Positions 19,933-30,164 of a stretch of DNA of 64,000 bases are shown here, one piece after another (position 1 is the stretch's first letter; every line of letters starts with the position of its first letter). Origin of the DNA: Acidiferrobacterales bacterium. GTDB taxonomy: Bacteria; Pseudomonadota; Gammaproteobacteria; Arenicellales; JAJDZL01. The stretch spans positions 64,015 to 128,014 of the forward strand of contig JAPPIB010000055.1 of the NCBI GenBank assembly GCA_028820695.1. Direction: 5' to 3'. A program made the translations under genes and the position numbers. The notes below the pieces were generated by a model. That model had not been told where the DNA came from. It saw only the letters and a program-made list of their open reading frames with translations, and made no database searches.

Positions 19933-21278
19933 TTGCTGAAGCCGATACCATAGCGGCGATATCAACCCCTGCCGGGATCGGTGGCATTGGAATCATCCGG
20001 GTTTCGGGGCCGAAGGCATCCGATCTGGCGCGTGCCGTAACACGCCGGGACGTGGTTGCGCGACAGGCGATATTCAGTGGATTCTTTAGCGACAATGGCA
20101 GCCTGATCGACGAGGGCGTTTTACTTTTCTTTCCTGCGCCTGGCTCCTACACCGGCGAAGACGTATGTGAATTCCAATGCCACGGAAGTCCGGTTGTGCT
20201 CAATGTGCTTGTGTCGAGGCTGCAGGAACTGGGCGCAAGACTGGCGGACCCGGGAGAATATACCCGCCGGGCATTTCTGAATGGCAAGCTGGATCTGGCT
20301 CAGGCCGAAGCGGTGGTTGATCTGATCAATAGCTCGACCGCGGTCGCTGCGCAATCTGCCATGCGCTCCCTGAGCGGGGAGTTTTCCGAACGGGCACACC
20401 GGATTGTGGAGAAAATCGTCAATCTGAGGATGTTCATCGAGGCGGCAATCGATTTCCCGGAAGAGGAGATTGATTTCCTGGCGAATTCCGATATTGCCGC
20501 GTCAATCAGTCAGATCCACCAGGACCTGACCGACCTGATCGACCGGTCAACCGCGGGCAATCTGTTGCGCGAGGGGATTACGGTTGTGATAGCAGGCCGC
20601 CCTAATGCTGGAAAATCAAGTCTTTTCAACCGGTTGGCACTGCAGGAACGGGCTATTGTAACGCCACAGCCCGGAACTACCCGCGATACGGTCGATGTGA
20701 CTGTCGATGTGAGCGGACTGGCGGTACGGCTGGTTGATACAGCGGGTTTGCGTGATGTTTCCGACGCGATTGAAAAGGAGGGGATCTCGCGTGCCAGGCA
20801 GGCGATGCAGTCGGCGGACATCGTGCTTTACGTGATCGACAGCGAGCAGGGGGCGAATGATGAGGACTTGAAGGAGATCGGGAAATTGGACCGCGCGCAT
20901 TGCGCCGTTGTATGGAACAAGACAGACCTGATCGGGGATGTTCGCCCGGCGATCGAGTCGGAATCGTGCCTACAGGTCCATGTTTCCGCGTTAACTGGCT
21001 TGGGTATGAAAAAAGTTTATAAAATAATAAAGCGGATTGCGGGCTATGAAGTGAATGAAGAAGGGCTTTTCCTCGCACGGCGACGACATCTTTCCGCAAT
21101 GAGACGTGCCAGTGAATTCGTTGCGCAGGCGCACGAAGCGCTCGCGCAACGGTCGGCAGGCGAGCTTGCAGCCCAGGATTTGTGGGATGCGATGAAGTCG
21201 CTCGACGAGATTACGCAAACACCTTCCTCGGATCAGTTGCTTGGCGAGATATTCGCAAATTTCTGCATCGGAAAGTAA
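19899..21278 (+). CDS. mnmE: tRNA modification GTPase MnmE (TrmE)
   Basis: It shows DTIAAISTPAG.GGIGIIRVSG, G1 GRPNAGKSSLFN, DTAGLR and the terminal FCIGK motif. GTG start with a 34-nt overlap with yidC. Confidence 0.93.
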   Translation: MVHHQKVGGDLIAEADTIAAISTPAGIGGIGIIRVSGPKASDLARAVTRRDVVARQAIFSGFFSDNGSLIDEGVLLFFPAPGSYTGEDVCEFQCHGSPVVLNVLVSRLQELGARLADPGEYTRRAFLNGKLDLAQAEAVVDLINSSTAVAAQSAMRSLSGEFSERAHRIVEKIVNLRMFIEAAIDFPEEEIDFLANSDIAASISQIHQDLTDLIDRSTAGNLLREGITVVIAGRPNAGKSSLFNRLALQERAIVTPQPGTTRDTVDVTVDVSGLAVRLVDTAGLRDVSDAIEKEGISRARQAMQSADIVLYVIDSEQGANDEDLKEIGKLDRAHCAVVWNKTDLIGDVRPAIESESCLQVHVSALTGLGMKKVYKIIKRIAGYEVNEEGLFLARRRHLSAMRRASEFVAQAHEALAQRSAGELAAQDLWDAMKSLDEITQTPSSDQLLGEIFANFCIGK

Positions 21279-21351
21279 ACGAGGCAGTTGACACCCTGTC
21301 CGGCCTGATCCGCATTGATGGTCCCGCGACCGAACTGGCGTTGAATACAAA

Positions 21352-22281
21352 ATGACGAATCTGAACAAATCCCAAGCGGTTCTTTTGCAGATGCTGATCG
21401 TGCTGGCGGCAGTCGCTTCGGTGATTATCTGGCAGTATGACTATCTGGCGGACCTTTATATTCGAAACCAGGTGACCCGAGTCGGTCTGATCGTCAATAT
21501 TTCGATCATGGCCCTTTTTGTTGCGGGTCTTTCGCAGTTGGTACGGCTGTTTCTTCTCTATGGTCGCGAGGAGAAAGCGCTCAAGCAGTTCAGCGACGCA
21601 GTTTCGTCGGAAGATGTGGAGCACCAACTCGATCAAATCCCTGAAGGCACCATCATCGGGCAACGCTACCGGATTGTGAGTGATTTTTTCAGTACCCGCA
21701 CGGAGTTCAATCACAACGCGCTGGCCGCAACATTGCTTGCTCAGGAGGCCAGCCGCACCAGTTTCGCCAAGTTTGTCAACAACATACTGATCCTGACAGG
21801 GGTTTTCGGCACGATCATATCGCTGACCGTGGCGCTTTTGGGTGCATCAACTGCGATTTCCGATGCCAACAGCCTGCGAGGTATCGATATTGTCATTCAC
21901 GGCATGTCGACAGCGCTGTCCACTACGATGACCGCAATCCTGGCCTATTTTCTGTTCGGCTACTTCTACCTGAAACTGCTTGACACCCAATCCTACGTGC
22001 TGGGGAAAATTGAACACATTACCGCTACAGTGCTGGTGCCGCGGTACCAGGCCGCGACTCGGTCACCCGAGCAGAATCTGAGTGCGATGCTCGCAGGCAC
22101 CGTTGAGACGATCAACAAGTTTGACACCTTCATTCGTCAAATTCAGGAAATCAGTGCCAAACAAGACGAGGTTTTTGCCAACTTTGAGAAGTTAACCGAC
22201 CAGAATATGCATCTGCTGACGGATATTCGCGGCATACTGCGTGCGGGATTCAGGTTGCGCGACGAGTCCGACAAGAACTGA
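21352..22281 (+). CDS. MotA/TolQ/ExbB-family proton-channel-like protein (4-TM MotA-type layout) with a ~100-aa helical C-terminal tail
   Basis: There are two N-terminal TMs, a ~75-aa loop, then LILTGVFGTIISLTVALLG ... GMSTALSTTMTAILAYFLFGYFY. This matches the family signature (GLLGT..G ... AL.TT..GL..AIP) by eye. Confidence 0.62.
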   Translation: MTNLNKSQAVLLQMLIVLAAVASVIIWQYDYLADLYIRNQVTRVGLIVNISIMALFVAGLSQLVRLFLLYGREEKALKQFSDAVSSEDVEHQLDQIPEGTIIGQRYRIVSDFFSTRTEFNHNALAATLLAQEASRTSFAKFVNNILILTGVFGTIISLTVALLGASTAISDANSLRGIDIVIHGMSTALSTTMTAILAYFLFGYFYLKLLDTQSYVLGKIEHITATVLVPRYQAATRSPEQNLSAMLAGTVETINKFDTFIRQIQEISAKQDEVFANFEKLTDQNMHLLTDIRGILRAGFRLRDESDKN

Positions 22282-22293
22282 CCCCGGAGGGGG

Positions 22294-24342
22294 ATGGACA
22301 TGACCTGGAACACTGGCGGATTCGTTGACCTTCGCGTTCATCGGGCATCCGAGGCCAGTCACTCAGACGATAGCATCTGGCCGTCATTCACCGACATCAT
22401 GATGGTGATCGTGATGATCTTTCTGATGGCTTCAGTCATATTCATGCTGCGCAATGTTCAATTGGGCAAAGATCTGCAGTCATCTCTCTCGTCCGAGGGC
22501 GAAGCGCTCCAAGAGATCAGCTCTCTACGGGATAGAGCCGCCTATCTATCGGAAATCATTAGACAAACTGAGCAACGAGCGGTCGATTCAGAGCGTCTTC
22601 AGAAAGAAGCGAGCCTGCTGGCGGAACAGCGCGGTACCCGAATTGCCGAGCTTGAGTATGAGACAGCCGATCTTTACCGTACGCAGGCGCAGTTGAACCT
22701 GGAACTGGAAGATCTTGGCGCCGAGCTCACCGAATCCCGTGCATTGCGGACGCAGCTGACCGAACGAATCGCATCGATGAATTTGACTATCGCGGACCTG
22801 GAATCCGTGAGCGAGAGCAAGTCGCAGGCGCTGGCTGCTGTGCAGCAGGAGCTTGACGACAAGTTGGGCGAACTTCGGACCGTTCAGATGACCCTTGAGG
22901 AGACACTGATTGAGGTCACCAGTCTGAACGAATCACTGGAAAATCTGCGGATGGTTGAACTTGAGCAGCAACAGAGCATTGCCGAGCTGATTGAGACCCG
23001 GGTCTCACTGGAGTCACTGACCGGTTTGCAGGAATCACAAATAACACAACTGATTCAATTACATAATGAACTCGAACAACAGTCAGGACAGCAACAGACA
23101 CAGATTGCACAACTGACGCAGGAGCGAGACGAGCTGGGATTGCTGAGCGACGATCAGGCGGAACGCATCGCGACCCTGATTGATGACCGAAGCGCGCTTG
23201 AGGCGACGACACAGGAGCAATTGGTACAGATTACCGAGCAGGAGCGCAAGCGTATCGAGCTTGAGAAGCTTGTCGCAGTACAGAATGAGCACATTGAGCA
23301 GCTGAGCCGCACACAGGACGAGCTGGAAAGTCGCAGCACGGAACTTACATCGAATGTTGCGCGGCTGAATGCGACCATTGAGAATCTGGAATCTCTGCGC
23401 AGCGAACAGTTGCAACAGGTCGCACAATTGATCGCGACGCGAAAGCAGCTTGAGGAAGCGGGTCAGGAGCAAACGTCGCAGATTATTCAACTGACGCAAC
23501 AACGTACCGAACTGGAAAGACAGATTGACGATCTGAATACGAGAAATTCTGAGTACCAGCGCCAGCTTTCGGAGCTTAATCAAACACTTGGGAGCATTCG
23601 CACAGCGGAACGTGAATTGCGGGAGCAGTCAACTGCTCACGAGGAACAAATCGATACACAGCAAACCCAGATCGCGAGTCTGGAGCGTGACCTTTCGACC
23701 ATGTTTCAGGAAAGAACTGATCTTCAGAACCTGAGTCAGGCCCTGGAAACAGAGTTGTCATTTCTAAGACGCCGTCAATCCGACCAGGAAGCGCAGCTTG
23801 ACACATTGCGCTCCATAACCGATCGGCTGGGCACGGACATTGAGGGCAGACAGCGGCAGATCGATACATTGACAAGTCAGAGGGACGCCTTGCAATCTGA
23901 CCGACAGAAGTCGCAGGACGAACTTGAGGAACTGAAGCAAGCCTATCAGGAACGACTGAGCGAATTGGCCGAACTGGAGGTTGCATTTGCCGAAAGCAGC
24001 CAGGAAGCACGAAGTCTGAGATCGGACCTGGTCGAGCTTAAGGAAGAGGCGCAGCTGATGCTGCGTCCGGCGAGAAGCCCCGCGAACCGTTATATTGTCG
24101 ATGTGCGTTACACAAAAGATGATTCCGGCAATCAGATTCTTTCTTACAAGTTGCCGGACCAGACTGTGGCGACGTTTGTTGATCGGCAGCAATTGGATGA
24201 GATTCTGACCCGATTGAAGTCCGAGCGGCCGGAAGGGTTGTATACTCGCATTGTGTTTCCCCAGCAGGAACTCCTGACATTCGAAGAGGCCTGGGGATTT
24301 ACCCAGCAAATCCTTTCACAATATGACTATTATCACCAATAA
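22294..24342 (+). CDS. ExbD/TolR/MotB-like single-pass protein with a ~530-aa coiled coil inserted between the TM and the C-terminal ExbD-like domain
   Basis: The start lies 12 nt after the MotA-like ORF, behind GGAGGGGG. The TM IWPSFTDIMMVIVMIFLMASVIF carries Asp34 (22393-22395), as in ExbD/TolR. Residues ~60-590 are heptad-rich and Q/E/L-rich. The last ~85 aa (YIVDVRY...LYTRIVFPQQELLTFEEAWGFTQQIL) fit the ExbD/TolR periplasmic-domain pattern. Confidence 0.55.
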   Translation: MDMTWNTGGFVDLRVHRASEASHSDDSIWPSFTDIMMVIVMIFLMASVIFMLRNVQLGKDLQSSLSSEGEALQEISSLRDRAAYLSEIIRQTEQRAVDSERLQKEASLLAEQRGTRIAELEYETADLYRTQAQLNLELEDLGAELTESRALRTQLTERIASMNLTIADLESVSESKSQALAAVQQELDDKLGELRTVQMTLEETLIEVTSLNESLENLRMVELEQQQSIAELIETRVSLESLTGLQESQITQLIQLHNELEQQSGQQQTQIAQLTQERDELGLLSDDQAERIATLIDDRSALEATTQEQLVQITEQERKRIELEKLVAVQNEHIEQLSRTQDELESRSTELTSNVARLNATIENLESLRSEQLQQVAQLIATRKQLEEAGQEQTSQIIQLTQQRTELERQIDDLNTRNSEYQRQLSELNQTLGSIRTAERELREQSTAHEEQIDTQQTQIASLERDLSTMFQERTDLQNLSQALETELSFLRRRQSDQEAQLDTLRSITDRLGTDIEGRQRQIDTLTSQRDALQSDRQKSQDELEELKQAYQERLSELAELEVAFAESSQEARSLRSDLVELKEEAQLMLRPARSPANRYIVDVRYTKDDSGNQILSYKLPDQTVATFVDRQQLDEILTRLKSERPEGLYTRIVFPQQELLTFEEAWGFTQQILSQYDYYHQ

Positions 24343-24360
24343 TGCAACGGTAGCTGACGG

Positions 24361-26247
24361 ATGAGACATCCACAGGAATATGACGTTGTGGTGGTCGGCG
24401 GCGGTCATGCCGGGGTCGAGGCTGCAATGGCGGCCGCGCGCACCGGCAGTGAGACATTGTTGCTCACCCAGAGCATTGAGACCATCGGACAGATGTCGTG
24501 CAATCCCGCAATCGGCGGGATCGGCAAAGGACATATCGTACGCGAGATAGATGCTTTGGGCGGCGTCATGGCGAGAGCGATCGACAAAAGCGGCATACAG
24601 TTCAGGCGTCTGAATGTCAGAAAAGGCCCCGCGGTTCGGGCCACCCGCGCCCAAGCTGATCGCACACTGTACAAATCCGCGGTTCGGACCTTGCTGGAAC
24701 GACAAGACCGTCTCACCATCTTTCAACAAGAAGTGGAGGACCTTCTGGTTGAAGATGGCATGGTCCGGGGCGTATTGACGCGATTCGGCATCCGGATCAA
24801 GGCAAGTGCCGTCATACTGGCAACCGGCACTTTTCTCGGCGGTACCATTCATATCGGTCTTGAGAATCATAGTGGCGGACGCGCGGGCGATGCCGCTTCA
24901 AACCGGCTCTCGAAGCGGCTCAGACGGATGATGTTCCACGTGGAACGTCTCAAAACCGGCACACCGCCCCGAATTGACAGCAGGACCATTGACTACTCCA
25001 GGCTTGAGGTGCAAACCGGCGATGATCCATCATTGGTATTTTCGTTCATGGGCAGTTCCGATGAGCATCCTCGGCAGATCTCCTGCCACATCGCACGCAC
25101 CAATGAGCGTACTCACGACATCATTCGAGGCGCACTTGACCAGTCCGCCATGTACGGCGGAGCAATTGACTCGATTGGTCCAAGATATTGTCCGTCGGTG
25201 GAGGACAAGATTGTTCGATTTGCGGATCGTGCGTCACATCAGATATTTGTTGAGCCGGAAGGGCTGGACTCAATCGAGATCTATCCGAATGGCATATCCA
25301 CGAGTTTGCCGTTTGATGTTCAGTGCAGGTTCGTAAGGTCGATTGAGGGATTTGAAAATGCGACGCTGACACGTCCCGGCTATGCGATTGAGTACGATTT
25401 TCTTGACCCGACTGATCTCAAGCCGACTCTGGAGTCGAAGCTGATGCCCGGATTGTTTCTGGCCGGACAGATCAACGGAACCACCGGATACGAGGAGGCC
25501 GCTTGTCAGGGACTGATCGCGGGGCTGAATGCGTCGAGGACGGCGCAGTCCATGTTGCCCTGGTGGCCGGGTCGAGACGAGGCGTATATCGGTGTCCTGA
25601 TTGATGATCTGGTGACCAAGGGGGCCGATGAGCCTTATCGAATGTTCACGTCCAGGGCCGAACATCGACTGATTCTGCGCGAGGACAATGCGGATCTGCG
25701 ACTGACCGGAAAAGGCCGTGAGCTCGGACTCGTATGTGATGAGCGCTGGGCGAGGTTTACTGAAAAACGCAATGCACTGTCACGTGAGCGCGACCGCTTG
25801 CAGCAACATACGGTCACACCATCCAAGACCAATCAGAAAGCGATCTATGAGGCATTGGGGCGGAACCTGACGGCCGATTCGACTTTGTTCGATTTGCTGC
25901 GCGATAACAATGTCAGCTATGAATCTGTGATGAGAATTCCAGGCACCGGTACGCCTGTCGAAGATCAGACGATCACTGAACAACTTGAAATCGAGGCACG
26001 TTACGAAGGATACATCGATCGACAGCGATCCGCGATTAACAGGGCCTCGCATGCACAAGGCATACGACTGCCCGATTCGATGGACTACACTCAGGTGCAC
26101 GGATTATCCAATGAGGTCCGACAGAAACTGCAGTCAAAAAGACCCGACAATCTCGGTATGGCTTCGCGGATACCCGGTGTGACACCGGCCGCAATCGCCG
26201 CTCTTTCCGTACATCTGAAAAAGCAGGCGATGTTGAAGTCTGCCTGA
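24361..26247 (+). CDS. mnmG: tRNA uridine 5-carboxymethylaminomethyl modification enzyme MnmG (GidA)
   Basis: [45 protein letters not shown] and RPGYAIEYD match full-length GidA (628 aa). Confidence 0.96.
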   Translation: MRHPQEYDVVVVGGGHAGVEAAMAAARTGSETLLLTQSIETIGQMSCNPAIGGIGKGHIVREIDALGGVMARAIDKSGIQFRRLNVRKGPAVRATRAQADRTLYKSAVRTLLERQDRLTIFQQEVEDLLVEDGMVRGVLTRFGIRIKASAVILATGTFLGGTIHIGLENHSGGRAGDAASNRLSKRLRRMMFHVERLKTGTPPRIDSRTIDYSRLEVQTGDDPSLVFSFMGSSDEHPRQISCHIARTNERTHDIIRGALDQSAMYGGAIDSIGPRYCPSVEDKIVRFADRASHQIFVEPEGLDSIEIYPNGISTSLPFDVQCRFVRSIEGFENATLTRPGYAIEYDFLDPTDLKPTLESKLMPGLFLAGQINGTTGYEEAACQGLIAGLNASRTAQSMLPWWPGRDEAYIGVLIDDLVTKGADEPYRMFTSRAEHRLILREDNADLRLTGKGRELGLVCDERWARFTEKRNALSRERDRLQQHTVTPSKTNQKAIYEALGRNLTADSTLFDLLRDNNVSYESVMRIPGTGTPVEDQTITEQLEIEARYEGYIDRQRSAINRASHAQGIRLPDSMDYTQVHGLSNEVRQKLQSKRPDNLGMASRIPGVTPAAIAALSVHLKKQAMLKSA

Positions 26248-26274
26248 AGTCCGATTGTGGCCTCTTGCGACCCG

Positions 26275-26967
26275 ATGGAAAATCTGATTGACAGGCCAGT
26301 CTTGGAACAGGACAGCGCCACTTTGGCAATCAATCGGCGCCAGGCGGATGTAATATTACGTAAGGGGTTGATAACATTAAATATAACCCTTCAGGAGAGT
26401 GCCATCGACCGCTGCCTTGATCATGCCGAGATGTTGCTGCGTTGGAATCGTGTCCATAATCTTTCGGCGATCAGAAATCTGGGCGATGTTGTGGTCAGGC
26501 ATCTGCTGGACAGTTTTTCGATTGTCGAGCACGTCAAGGGGAAGGAAGTCATTGACATCGGAAGCGGCGCGGGATATCCCGGTATTCCGATTGCCCTGGC
26601 CAGACCGGATTCGCATGTTGTTCTATTGGATTCGAGCATGAAGAAGTCCGAGTTTCTCAGGCATTGTGTTGCGCAGATGGGGTTGTGCAATGTGACTGTG
26701 CTGTGCGAACGGGTACAGGAACTGTCGAAGGACTGTCGAAGTTTTGATACGGTCTTGGTACGGGCATTGGGTTCACTGGCTACAGTCGCCGAGTGTGAGT
26801 TGCCGATCCTGACGTCGAATGGACGGATTCTCGCAATGAAGGGCAAGTATCCGAAACGAGAGCTTGAGACGATTCGATCAATCTGTGACTGTGCCGTTCA
26901 TCAGTTGTCGGTACCAGGCTTGAGTGAGAGCAGGCATCTTGTTGTTATAAAAAGAAAAACGAATTGA
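26275..26967 (+). CDS. rsmG: 16S rRNA (guanine527-N7)-methyltransferase RsmG (GidB)
   Basis: It follows mnmG and shows LLRWNRVHNLSAIR, HLLDS and the SAM motif VIDIGSGAGYPGIPIA. I chose the start at MENL (26275); the GTG-extended ORF begins at 26257. Confidence 0.9.
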   Translation: MENLIDRPVLEQDSATLAINRRQADVILRKGLITLNITLQESAIDRCLDHAEMLLRWNRVHNLSAIRNLGDVVVRHLLDSFSIVEHVKGKEVIDIGSGAGYPGIPIALARPDSHVVLLDSSMKKSEFLRHCVAQMGLCNVTVLCERVQELSKDCRSFDTVLVRALGSLATVAECELPILTSNGRILAMKGKYPKRELETIRSICDCAVHQLSVPGLSESRHLVVIKRKTN

Positions 26968-26982
26968 GTGCAGATGAATATC

Positions 26983-27753
26983 ATGAGCCGTGTACTAGCC
27001 ATAGCAAATCAGAAGGGCGGGGTTGGCAAAACAACGACCGGCATCAATCTCGCAGCCTCGCTGGCGCGTGCGAAACGCAAGGTCTTGTTGATTGACCTGG
27101 ACTCACAGGCAAACGCTTCTGCCGGAATGGGGCATGCGACAACAGATGCGGACGCGAAGGGCATCTATGATGTGCTCATTGGCGCGGCAACCATTGCGGA
27201 GGTCGTCGGCCGGACAGACTTTGGCGTAGATGCAGTGTACGCGAGCAGGGACCTTGCCGGCGCACAGGTGGAACTGCTCAATCTGGAAAATCGAGAATAC
27301 CAGCTCAGACGCGCGCTGAGCTCACTTAAAAACACCTATGGTTACATCCTGATCGACTGCCCGCCATCGCTGAACATACTGACGATCAACGCTCTGACGG
27401 CAGCCGACGGAGTTATCGTTCCCACTCAATGCGAATTTTTTTCCTTGCAGGGATTGGTTGACTTGCTTGATACAATTGCATCTGTTCGTCAGTCGTTCAA
27501 CCCGAATCTGCAACTGGAAGGAATTCTGCGAACCATGCACGACCGCAGAAACAAGCTGCACCAAGAAGTATCTGAAGAATTGAACAACCATTTCAATGAT
27601 CAGGTCTATCGTACCTTCATTCCGCGAAACGTCAAGCTCGCTGAAGCGCCAAGCCATGGCAAGTGTGTGCTTGATTACGATAAAAAATGTGCCGGATCAT
27701 TGGCTTACCTGGCATTAGCGGGTGAAGTGCTGAGTAGGGAAGAGCGAAGATGA
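26983..27753 (+). CDS. parA: Chromosome partitioning ATPase ParA (Soj)
   Basis: It shows the deviant Walker [20 protein letters not shown], then [12 protein letters not shown] and ILIDCPPSL. The start was chosen at MSRVLAI. Confidence 0.92.
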   Translation: MSRVLAIANQKGGVGKTTTGINLAASLARAKRKVLLIDLDSQANASAGMGHATTDADAKGIYDVLIGAATIAEVVGRTDFGVDAVYASRDLAGAQVELLNLENREYQLRRALSSLKNTYGYILIDCPPSLNILTINALTAADGVIVPTQCEFFSLQGLVDLLDTIASVRQSFNPNLQLEGILRTMHDRRNKLHQEVSEELNNHFNDQVYRTFIPRNVKLAEAPSHGKCVLDYDKKCAGSLAYLALAGEVLSREERR

Positions 27754-28619
27754 GCAGTCAGGAAAGATTAGGCCAGGGCTTGAGTGCGTTGCTTGGGTCG
27801 GCCGCGACGAAAGCGACGACAGCTCCGATTGATCATGTGAGCATGATCGCGATTGAAAAGCTGCACTCAGGTGCCTATCAGCCGCGTATGGAAATAGAAG
27901 ACGAGCCGTTGCGACAGCTGGCCGACTCAATCAGGGCCCATGGCATCATTCAGCCAATTCTCGCGCGCGAGTCGGACAGCGGCACTGGATTTGAGATCAT
28001 TGCCGGAGAACGAAGATGGCGGGCGGCGCAGATGGCGGGTCTGCACGAAGTGCCGGTCATTGTCCGTACGCTGAACGATCAGTCGAGTATGGCGATGGCA
28101 CTGATTGAAAACATTCAGAGGGAGGACCTGAACCCGGTTGAAGAGGCGAACATGATCAGAAGACTGGTTGAGGAGTTCAATCTCTCGCACGCTCAGGTCG
28201 GTGAGAATGTCGGCAAGTCGCGAGCCACCATCACCAATATACTGAGACTATTGTCATTGGCTGAACCTGTGTTGGAAATGCTTCAAAACCGTCAGATTGA
28301 GACGGGTCACGCCAAAGTCCTGCTTGCGCTTGCCAAGACCGATCAGATTGAGGCGGCACGGGTTGTCGTGCAAAATGCCCTGAATGTGCGAAAAACAGAG
28401 GATTTGGTCAAACGCTGGGGCGAACGCGGGCGCAAGTCGGGTAAAATAGCGAAACCCAAGGATTCCGACATTTCCAGGCTTGAGCGAGAATTGTCAGAAA
28501 AAGTTGGAGCGAAAGCCGATATTCATGATCGGAATGGAAAAGGATACATCAGGATTCACTACGGAAATCTTGATGAGCTTGACGGGATACTTGAACGAAT
28601 GAATCTGAACATCGAGTGA
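27750..28619 (+). CDS. parB: Chromosome partitioning protein ParB (Spo0J)
   Basis: [43 protein letters not shown] and [17 protein letters not shown] are the ParB boxes. It has an ATGA overlap with parA. Confidence 0.93.
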   Translation: MSSQERLGQGLSALLGSAATKATTAPIDHVSMIAIEKLHSGAYQPRMEIEDEPLRQLADSIRAHGIIQPILARESDSGTGFEIIAGERRWRAAQMAGLHEVPVIVRTLNDQSSMAMALIENIQREDLNPVEEANMIRRLVEEFNLSHAQVGENVGKSRATITNILRLLSLAEPVLEMLQNRQIETGHAKVLLALAKTDQIEAARVVVQNALNVRKTEDLVKRWGERGRKSGKIAKPKDSDISRLERELSEKVGAKADIHDRNGKGYIRIHYGNLDELDGILERMNLNIE

Positions 28620-28657
28620 AGGCACAAACAGTTATGGAAACCGTCACAAAGTCACAG

Positions 28658-29767
28658 ATGAACCACGTTGCCAAACTGACTGTGGTCATTTTCTCAGCAC
28701 TGGTCATCACCGGTTGCGCGGAATTTGGTGGTAAACAACTGTCGTTGCTGCAGTCGTCCCGAGTGTTGGACCCGCTGGAAGTTCCACCGGGCCTGTCCCC
28801 CCTCCCGGAAGCTGAGCAGTTCCAGATTCCCGGTGAGTACAATCCGGCTGAACTTGCTCCCGAGGATCTTTCTCCAGAACAGTTCAGAAACTATGGGACG
28901 TGGGTTGAATTCGAGAAATTCCAGGAGTTTCAAAGAGCGGACAAGGGTATTGGTGTTGACGCGGATCAGTATCGCGAGGCCGTCGAACGCGGCGAGGACT
29001 TCTTCAAGGTAACGGTGATTGATACCGGAGAGAACGCGATACGATTGCGGGTGGTCGATTCAGCACAGGCCGTGTTTGAGCGGATGAAGGTTGCGCTCCA
29101 CAACATGGATGTCAAGGTGAACAGTGCCGATGAGGAAATCGGTAAATTCGTTGTTTCCGGGGTTGATATCAAGAAGTTGCCCACCCTGCTGCAGCGAATA
29201 GGATTCAAGGAATACAAAGGAAGAATCGATGAGTTGCACGTAGTAACGACGAGTGCCACCGAGACGCAGGTGGTCGCCAAGACTGAGTTCAACGTCGAGG
29301 TGAATGCCGAGGGCAGCAAGGAATTCCTGACCCGACTCAGGTACTATCTGCTTACGAGCTATCAGCAGGATGAGTCCGGCACAGCACTGGCGAGCGCGGT
29401 TTCCAATAAATCGATTACAGTGATCGAAGGACGGCAGACCATTGTAATTTCAGAGAATTTTGATTCGGCTTGGGTACGGGTTGGACGAACGCTGGAAGCT
29501 TCAGGTGTAAACATCGATGATCTGGATCGAAGCCAGGGTCTATATCTCGTCAGCTTCAGCCATCTGGAAAAAGACAAAAAGAAAAGATGGCGACTCGCAT
29601 TTTGGAGAAAAGACAAAAAAGAAGTAGCACAGAAGCATTTCAGGGTACTGGTCACCGACCATGGATCCCAGACAAGAATTCATGTTGAGGGCTCCGGGGA
29701 CGACGAGTCGGATGATCAATACGGCGAACAGTTGTTGGGGATCATTTACGAACGCTTGCTAACCTGA
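28658..29767 (+). CDS. BamC (NlpB)-like outer-membrane lipoprotein
   Basis: It has the lipobox VITGC, LDPLEVPPGLSPL, and FDSAWVRVGRTLEASGVNIDDLDRSQGLYLVSF resembling the BamC helix-grip domains. The start (28616, 28634 or 28658) is uncertain, and the family call is by eye. Confidence 0.45.
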   Translation: MNHVAKLTVVIFSALVITGCAEFGGKQLSLLQSSRVLDPLEVPPGLSPLPEAEQFQIPGEYNPAELAPEDLSPEQFRNYGTWVEFEKFQEFQRADKGIGVDADQYREAVERGEDFFKVTVIDTGENAIRLRVVDSAQAVFERMKVALHNMDVKVNSADEEIGKFVVSGVDIKKLPTLLQRIGFKEYKGRIDELHVVTTSATETQVVAKTEFNVEVNAEGSKEFLTRLRYYLLTSYQQDESGTALASAVSNKSITVIEGRQTIVISENFDSAWVRVGRTLEASGVNIDDLDRSQGLYLVSFSHLEKDKKKRWRLAFWRKDKKEVAQKHFRVLVTDHGSQTRIHVEGSGDDESDDQYGEQLLGIIYERLLT

Positions 29768-30063
29768 TCGGCCGGGGGTCATTTCCAGACTGAGCCTGGC
29801 ATCATCCATCCTTGTCAGCCCGCAGATCTGACCTTTGGAAAATCATCCAGCGCGCCCGACGGCGGAATAATTCACAATACGGTGCGCTTCATATCGCCGA
29901 TCGCAGCTGGACGTCAACGGCGGCCGATGGTGACAGTTCCTGCGCAAGACCAGCCAGACGGTGCTGTCCTTGCAATTGATTACTGCGACATTCCAGATAT
30001 TCGTTACCCGTTCGTGGCTTGCATCTTGCGCCCCAGAGCCATCTTGAGCGAACTCAGTCTGTG

Positions 30064-30105
30064 CTCCAGCCGCCTCAATCAAATGAATGCAGAGAAACGA
30101 ACATG
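30064..30105. repeat. Left copy of a 42-bp imperfect direct repeat flanking the AAA ATPase gene
   Basis: CTCCAGCCGCCTCAATCAAATGAATGCAGAGAAACGAACATG matches 31975-32016 at 37 of 42 positions in the same orientation. Confidence 0.8.
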
Positions 30106-30107
30106 TT

Positions 30108-30144
30108 ATGCACAAAATGCAAATACTATATGCATATTGTGCAT
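30108..30144. promoter_or_regulatory. AT-rich 14-bp-arm palindrome 20 bp upstream of the ATPase start (candidate operator)
   Basis: The arms ATGCACAAAATGCA (30108-30121) and TGCATATTGTGCAT (30131-30144) are reverse complements with one mismatch, separated by 9 nt. Confidence 0.4.
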
Positions 30145-30164
30145 GACAATGTACAATTGAAGTT

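Noticed and set aside
23083-24309. Long minus-strand ORFs (166, 144 and 181 aa) inside the coiled-coil gene.
   Set aside because: The repetitive GAG/CAG/CTG-rich coding sequence keeps the antisense frames open. The translations are low-complexity L/Q/R strings without start context.
21352-24342. Interpreting the mnmE-mnmG insert as a flagellar MotAB/PomAB stator.
   Set aside because: The B-type subunit has no OmpA-like peptidoglycan-binding domain. It carries a giant coiled coil instead, and no flagellar genes are nearby.
29843-30160. Mutually overlapping ORFs (90 aa minus, 92 aa plus) in the left flank of the ATPase islet, and 31905-32133 ORFs in the right flank.
   Set aside because: I see no recognisable motifs and no ribosome-binding context. 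They overlap each other and the direct repeats. I tested whether the repeats were two halves of an interrupted gene, but the shared frame is closed by stops.
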